Positions 22,682-26,912 of a DNA stretch of 26,912 nt are shown piece by piece. The notes below the pieces were generated by a model. It ran no database searches, was not told the origin of the DNA, and worked only from the letters and a program-made list of their open reading frames with translations. How positions within the stretch are numbered: position 1 is the stretch's first letter; the number at the start of each line of letters is the position of its first letter. The stretch covers positions 1 through 26,912 of the forward strand of contig JAITJW010000115.1 in NCBI GenBank assembly GCA_031278715.1, read 5' to 3'. Origin of the DNA: Treponema sp. (GTDB lineage: Bacteria; Spirochaetota; Spirochaetia; Treponematales; Breznakiellaceae). Position numbers and translations under genes: made by a program.

Positions 22682-25462
22682 ATGATACGGCTTTTGTTTT
22701 TTCTTCGTTTCAGATCCCAGCTTCGCCGTACGGACCATTGTCTTGTAGACAGTCTGGAAGGGCAGATCCTGGAACTGATACGGAACGCCGGGGGAATAGA
22801 AAAAAATGAACGCCGGTATATTGGGGCCTTTTTTCAGGAATCTTCGCTGGGTCTGGGTCTGGATATTTTTACCTGTGTCGAAGGTATTCTGAACCGGATT
22901 GAGCAGGATGCCGGCCGTTTGTACGGTTACGCGGTCATTATCGGCAAAGACATAGACGACACCGGCGCCGTAAGGCTGTGCAGGCTTTTTTCATCCCCCC
23001 GGAATTCCGGCCTGTACTGCGATGGAACACTGCAGGAAATTCTTGGCTATTACCTCCGGTTTGAACCGGTCCCTTCCGCGGAGGGGGCCGGCTATGCCCG
23101 TTTTAAGACATTCAACATCCCGGAGGGATTTGGTTCCCTCCCCCCTGTCGAGGCGGAACAGGCCCGGCGCGCCGGCATTGTAAAAAGCCTGAAGCAGGGG
23201 CGCCGGAAGAACGCCCTTATCCTGGGGCCGCAGCTATCGGGAAAGCGGGCGGGACTGTACGAATTTTGTGCGGGCAGCGCCCCGCCGCTGGTGATCCGCT
23301 TCAGTTCGGGCCAGGGACTGGCCGCCATTTCCGACTCCTATAACCCGGTACTCCGCGCCTTTCTTGCCGGGTCGCCGGTTTCCGGGGAAGCAGTTTCCGG
23401 TACTCCGGGGGGGCAGGGGAACGGCCCTGCGTTGTCCGCGGAACTGGAAACCCTGTGGAAAAATCTCTTCCGGGACCGGCTTCACGGGGAGGCGCCCCTG
23501 TTCCTCCTGCGGAGAAGCCGCCGTTTTTTTGTCCTGCTTCTGGATCTGTACCTTGAGGCTTCCGCGGCCCAGGGACTTGGGCCCGTTCTGATTTTAGAGG
23601 ACCTTGACAGGGCATCGGAAAGCGCCGCCCTAATCGTGCAGGAGGTTCTGGAACCCTATGCGGTCAAGGGGCCGCTTTCGTCCCGGCTTGGAATTTACGG
23701 AACCGCATCCTCCGGAAAGGATATTTCCCCCTTATGGGAGCGGTTTTTTTCCCAGGTTATCCGCCTGGAAGGAGAGGGCGCCGCCTATAACCCCGACATG
23801 TCCCGTGACATTTGGGAAATTTCCTACGCCTTTGTCCTGCTGGGCCGTTATTTTCCCGGTACCCTGCTTCCCCAGCTGCTGGCCGAAGAGGGTAAATCTC
23901 CGGGGATGATCTCCCGTGCCCTGAATATACTGATCCGTTCCGGCATTGTGGATACCCCCCAGGACCCCCAGCCCCGGATTGCCGGCTTTATGTCCCGTGC
24001 GGAGACGATCCTTGGTGAACGGAAAGAACTAATCCGCAGCGTGGTCCGGGAACGCCTGCTGGATTGGGTGTTTTCCGGCCGCCTGCGCCCCTGTTTTGCC
24101 CTGCTGGAAGCCCTGGCGGATCTGGGAGACGGGGCGGGGATCTTTGCCACCATTGTGCGGGGTGATGAACTTATCCTTCAATCGGTCGTTACCGACATGA
24201 CCAACGGTACTTCCGCCGGAATTGGGAAAGCCGTTGAAAGGGGAAGGCTGGAATCCGTCCTGGGACCTGAGCGGGCCCTTACCGTGGCCTACCTGTACAA
24301 CATCCTCAAAGCCCTGCTGGATGGGAATGACGGGGATATTAGGGAGGCTTTCCGCGCTTCGCCAGGGGAGATTTATCCCCCCTTCAAGGCCCAGGTGCTG
24401 GTAAATACCGCGGCGTACCAGCTGGGAATTCGGGATACCGATTCTGCCCTCGGTACCGTCAAAGCGGCTTTCATATTGAGCCAAAAGGCGCCCTGGACCG
24501 GACTTGCCCAGTCTAACCGCATTTTTTCGCTTGTGAACCTAGTCAAACAGCGGATAGGGGAAACCGTTGACTACGCGGGCTTTGCGGTGGAACACGCGGA
24601 AAAATCCGCCAACTACGGGGAACTGGTCGTAGCGTCCTACTATGCCGCCGCCGTCCAAACCCTTTACGGAAACCTTTCCCAGGCTGAACGCCTTGCGGCC
24701 GCGGCGGAAAACCACGCCGTCCTTGCCGGACGGGTGGAATGGGCCGACCGGGCCCGTTTTTTCCGGGGCAAACTTGCCTTTGATGTGGGGTACTATCAGG
24801 ATGCCCTGAGGATATTCCAGGATATTGCGGGGAATCCCGCGGGAAACCTGTCGGCAGATAAACTCTCCCTGCTGGAAACCTGGGCTTACCGGGCCCGGCT
24901 CTACTCCCGGAACCCCCTCTTGTCCAAAGCTTCCGGCGGTGTCGATGCGGACCTCTTTGAAATAGAGGGCGCCTACCTGTCCGGGGATTATTCGCGGACC
25001 GCCGATCTGGCGGCAGCCCTGGCAGAATCCCCGTCCGGGGAAACCTTTATTCACACCGAACAACCCGATTGGCGCAGCGGTTTTGCCCAATGTGAACTCC
25101 TGCTCCTCCCCATCCGGGAATTTCGGGACCGGATGGTCTCGGTCTACCGGGCCCTGGCCCTGTGCCGCCTCTCCGCCTCAGGCGGGGCGGAGGCCCTTAT
25201 GATCATGCAGCGGGTCCTGCGGGACGAACGTCTCTCAGAGATGGATCCCTGTGATGCGTTTTACTTTTACGCGTGGTACCAGGTGCTTAAAGAATCCGGC
25301 GCCGCCCAGGTGGATATGAATACCGCGGTCAGTATGGCCTTTAAGCGGCTCCAGCGCCGGGCAAGCAGAATCGGCGATCCCAAAATACGGCAGGCCTACC
25401 TTACCCAGCCCTACTGGAACAGCGCCCTAAGCCTGGCCGCCAGGGAACATAAACTTATTTAG
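22682..25462 (+). CDS. Large (926 aa) protein of unknown function: N-terminal ~170-aa domain, a central region with a degenerate P-loop (GPQLSGKR) and acidic hhhhD[ED] motifs, and a ~500-aa C-terminal Ala/Leu-rich helical-repeat (TPR-like) region
   Basis: It is the only long plus-strand ORF, has an ATG start, and ends immediately before hairpin-repeat copy 2. ILGPQLSGKRAGLYEF resembles Walker A but has R in place of S/T. FFVLLLDLYLEA and VLILEDLDRAS are Walker-B-like. The C-terminal half is helical-repeat-like. Confidence 0.65.
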   Translation: MIRLLFFLRFRSQLRRTDHCLVDSLEGQILELIRNAGGIEKNERRYIGAFFQESSLGLGLDIFTCVEGILNRIEQDAGRLYGYAVIIGKDIDDTGAVRLCRLFSSPRNSGLYCDGTLQEILGYYLRFEPVPSAEGAGYARFKTFNIPEGFGSLPPVEAEQARRAGIVKSLKQGRRKNALILGPQLSGKRAGLYEFCAGSAPPLVIRFSSGQGLAAISDSYNPVLRAFLAGSPVSGEAVSGTPGGQGNGPALSAELETLWKNLFRDRLHGEAPLFLLRRSRRFFVLLLDLYLEASAAQGLGPVLILEDLDRASESAALIVQEVLEPYAVKGPLSSRLGIYGTASSGKDISPLWERFFSQVIRLEGEGAAYNPDMSRDIWEISYAFVLLGRYFPGTLLPQLLAEEGKSPGMISRALNILIRSGIVDTPQDPQPRIAGFMSRAETILGERKELIRSVVRERLLDWVFSGRLRPCFALLEALADLGDGAGIFATIVRGDELILQSVVTDMTNGTSAGIGKAVERGRLESVLGPERALTVAYLYNILKALLDGNDGDIREAFRASPGEIYPPFKAQVLVNTAAYQLGIRDTDSALGTVKAAFILSQKAPWTGLAQSNRIFSLVNLVKQRIGETVDYAGFAVEHAEKSANYGELVVASYYAAAVQTLYGNLSQAERLAAAAENHAVLAGRVEWADRARFFRGKLAFDVGYYQDALRIFQDIAGNPAGNLSADKLSLLETWAYRARLYSRNPLLSKASGGVDADLFEIEGAYLSGDYSRTADLAAALAESPSGETFIHTEQPDWRSGFAQCELLLLPIREFRDRMVSVYRALALCRLSASGGAEALMIMQRVLRDERLSEMDPCDAFYFYAWYQVLKESGAAQVDMNTAVSMAFKRLQRRASRIGDPKIRQAYLTQPYWNSALSLAAREHKLI

Positions 25463-25904
25463 AGTCGAGCTTGTTCCAAAACTAATTGACTGTGCGCTAA
25501 ACGCGCACGGTTTTGGAACAAGCTCACTATACCCCTTTACCGCCCTCCCCGGCGGGGGCATCGGCCTTGACGTGGGGGTTTACTACCTTACCGCCATGCT
25601 CAGTCTTTTGGGCCCCGTTACCGAAGTTTCCGGCCTTGTTACCACCCTGAACCCGGATCGGACCCATTTTATTCCGGACAAAGCGGATTTTGGGGAAAAA
25701 TTCCGGCTCCAGGCAGAAAATCTTGTCGTGGGAAACTTCCGCTTTGCCTCCGGAGTCTTTGGCGCCCTTCTGGGCCTCTACAAAAGCTGCGAAACCCGGC
25801 AGTTCTACACAATGACCAGCACCTTCCAGCGCCCCGCCCCCATACCACGGGGTTACCTGGACGAAAACTACGGTTCTTCCGCGGAGGCGGGCCTGGCGAT
25901 CTAG
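25431..25904 (+). pseudogene. 5'-truncated remnant of a Gfo/Idh/MocA-family oxidoreductase (C-terminal domain only)
   Basis: The frame is open from 25431 and the only start is a GTG at 25572. The translation ...LPGGGIGLDVGVYYLTAMLSLLGPVTEVSGLVTT... carries the GGG.L.D.G.H/Y....L.G signature of the Gfo/Idh/MocA C-terminal domain. No N-terminal Rossmann region exists, and the open frame runs back through hairpin-repeat copy 2 into the 3' end of the preceding gene. Confidence 0.5.
25467..25525. repeat. Nested-hairpin palindromic repeat, copy 2 (perfect 16-bp outer stem gagcttgttccaaaac/gttttggaacaagctc; same inner gtgcgc-taaa-cgcgcac module, with one G>T difference from copy 1)
   Basis: It aligns directly with 2464-2517. 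It sits 5 nt after the stop of the 926-aa CDS and probably acts as its terminator. Confidence 0.6.
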
Positions 25905-26004
25905 CCCGCCCCTGCTGGTACACGAAACATTGTGGGTCAAGTTTAGCCTGAAGGGGCGGGGTATTAAACCCCTCGGCACGAATAAAATCTAACCCTAGGC
26001 CATC

Positions 26005-26035
26005 GAGCTGTTCCCAAAAACTGAAGTTTTGGGAA
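26005..26035. repeat. Short relative of the hairpin repeat (gagctg-ttcccaaaaac-tgaa-gttttgggaa), lacking the inner module
   Basis: The stem sequence (gttcccaaaaac/gttttgggaa) and the 5' flank (cgagct) are similar to copies 1 and 2. It lies between the MocA remnant and the ABC exporter gene. Confidence 0.45.
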
Positions 26036-26139
26036 AGCCTCCATCTTGAGCAAATTTTTTTATTAGCCTAAACTAACTTGATGGCAAATATTCTGATAAT
26101 AAAGGCATAGTTTACCGCAAATAACGGAGGGTACGCACA

Positions 26140-26912
26140 TTGTTCAAGAAAGTGCTTGAGTATGCGGGGGTGTACCGTAAAACAACCTACGCGGCCATAG
26201 TTGCCATGCTTGCCGGGCTTGCGGCAAGTGTGGCGCCTTTCTTTCTGGCCTACCAGCTCCTGAAGCCGCTTTTGATGAAAGAGACGGTAGCTTCCGGTAC
26301 GGCGGCGGCGATAACAGCCGCCATCGCGGTGTGCGGCGTGCTGTACGCCCTGCTCTACCTCAAGGGGCTGGACCTTTCCAACAAGTCGGCGTTTAACACC
26401 CTGAAAAATCTGCGCATCACCCTTCAGGGGAAACTTGAAAACCAGCCCCTGGGGAACATCCAGGACATAGGCACCGGGGCGCTTAAAAAGACCTTTGTCG
26501 AAGAAATCGACAACCTGGAACTGCTTCTGGCCCACTCTCTGCCGGAGGGTTTTACCAATCTCGCGGTCCCGCTGCTGGTGTATATCGCCATGTTTTTTGT
26601 TGACTGGAAGCTGGCGCTCCTCTCCCTGGGGTCCCTGCCGGTGGGTATTCTTGCGATGGGAATCATGTACAAGGTCGGCATGAAGGAAATGCCCAACTGG
26701 TACGCCTCCGGCAACAAAATGAACAACACCATCGTTGAGTACATCAACGGCATGGAAGTGGTCAAGGTGTTTAACCGGGACAGCGAAAGTTATCACCGCT
26801 TTGAAACAGACGTAAAGAGCTACAGGGATTTTACCCTGGCCTGGTACAACGTGGGCTGGCACTGGATGGCGATTTACACAAGCGTACTGCCCTGCGTGGC
26901 GCTTTTTACGCT
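26140..26912 (+). CDS. ABC exporter, N-terminal transmembrane domain (type I exporter fold, MsbA/multidrug-like); 3' end outside the window
   Basis: Frame 1 is open to the window edge. The TTG at 26140 has GGAGG 9 nt upstream and gives LFKKVLEYAGVYRKTTYAAIVAMLAGLAASVAPFFLAYQLL..., the typical first transmembrane helix of ABC exporters. The first in-frame ATG is at 26206, encoding M24 of the TTG-started product. The conserved helix pattern continues (DNLELLLAHSLPEGFTNLAVPL...). Confidence 0.75.
   Translation, partial: MFKKVLEYAGVYRKTTYAAIVAMLAGLAASVAPFFLAYQLLKPLLMKETVASGTAAAITAAIAVCGVLYALLYLKGLDLSNKSAFNTLKNLRITLQGKLENQPLGNIQDIGTGALKKTFVEEIDNLELLLAHSLPEGFTNLAVPLLVYIAMFFVDWKLALLSLGSLPVGILAMGIMYKVGMKEMPNWYASGNKMNNTIVEYINGMEVVKVFNRDSESYHRFETDVKSYRDFTLAWYNVGWHWMAIYTSVLPCVALFT

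Noticed and set aside
2464-25525. Direct copies of the ~55-bp element flank about 23 kb, with one copy 10 nt from a tRNA 3' end. This pattern could mark a genomic island with attL and attR sites.
   Set aside because: There is no integrase, excisionase or any mobility gene between the copies. The enclosed genes are housekeeping and metabolic (glnN, amtB, argF-type OTC, nrnA). The repeat lies outside the tRNA, whereas island att sites normally include the tRNA 3' end. A third, divergent copy lies outside the flanked region. The element is more likely a dispersed terminator-type repeat.
26068-26862. 264-aa minus-strand ORF over the ABC transporter region
   Set aside because: The plus frame gives a canonical ABC-exporter transmembrane domain with an RBS-supported start. 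The minus-strand ORF is His/Arg/Gln-rich with no features.

Overview
The window is about 26.9 kb, GC-rich (roughly 55-60% by eye) and almost entirely coded on the minus strand. Left to right it contains:
- the 3' end of an AraC-family regulator;
- an SPFH/stomatin-like membrane protein translationally coupled to a short YtrA-like GntR regulator, whose start codon sits inside a perfect 11-bp inverted repeat;
- a divergent hemerythrin gene, then tRNA-Leu(UAA), then an iron-containing alcohol dehydrogenase;
- a nitrogen-assimilation block: a GAF/sigma-54 activator, a near-consensus sigma-54 promoter, amtB and glnK, a terminator, then the type III glutamine synthetase glnN;
- the most unusual part, a tightly packed minus-strand block: a sigma-70-family-like protein, a radical SAM/SPASM enzyme overlapping a GT1 glycosyltransferase by 4 nt, three lipoproteins (LpoB/CsgG-like, TPR-like, LPP20-like), a classic-clade AAA ATPase with an uncharacterised N-terminal domain of about 330 aa, and an M15/LAS-type peptidase lipoprotein;
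- an NrnA-like DHH phosphoesterase, a small secreted protein, ornithine carbamoyltransferase, and a 926-aa protein with a degenerate P-loop and long helical repeats;
- a 5'-truncated Gfo/Idh/MocA oxidoreductase remnant and the start of an ABC exporter.
A nested-hairpin repeat of about 55 bp occurs twice (2464-2517 and 25467-25525), with a shortened relative at 26005-26035. Two unrelated 15-bp tandem repeat arrays are also present. I saw no integrase, transposase, CRISPR or phage genes. Several ATG starts in the ORF track look wrong, and I re-called them on the basis of ribosome-binding-site (RBS) position. Loose lipoboxes, hemerythrin and a type III glutamine synthetase fit an anaerobe, possibly a spirochete, but the sequence alone cannot establish taxonomy.
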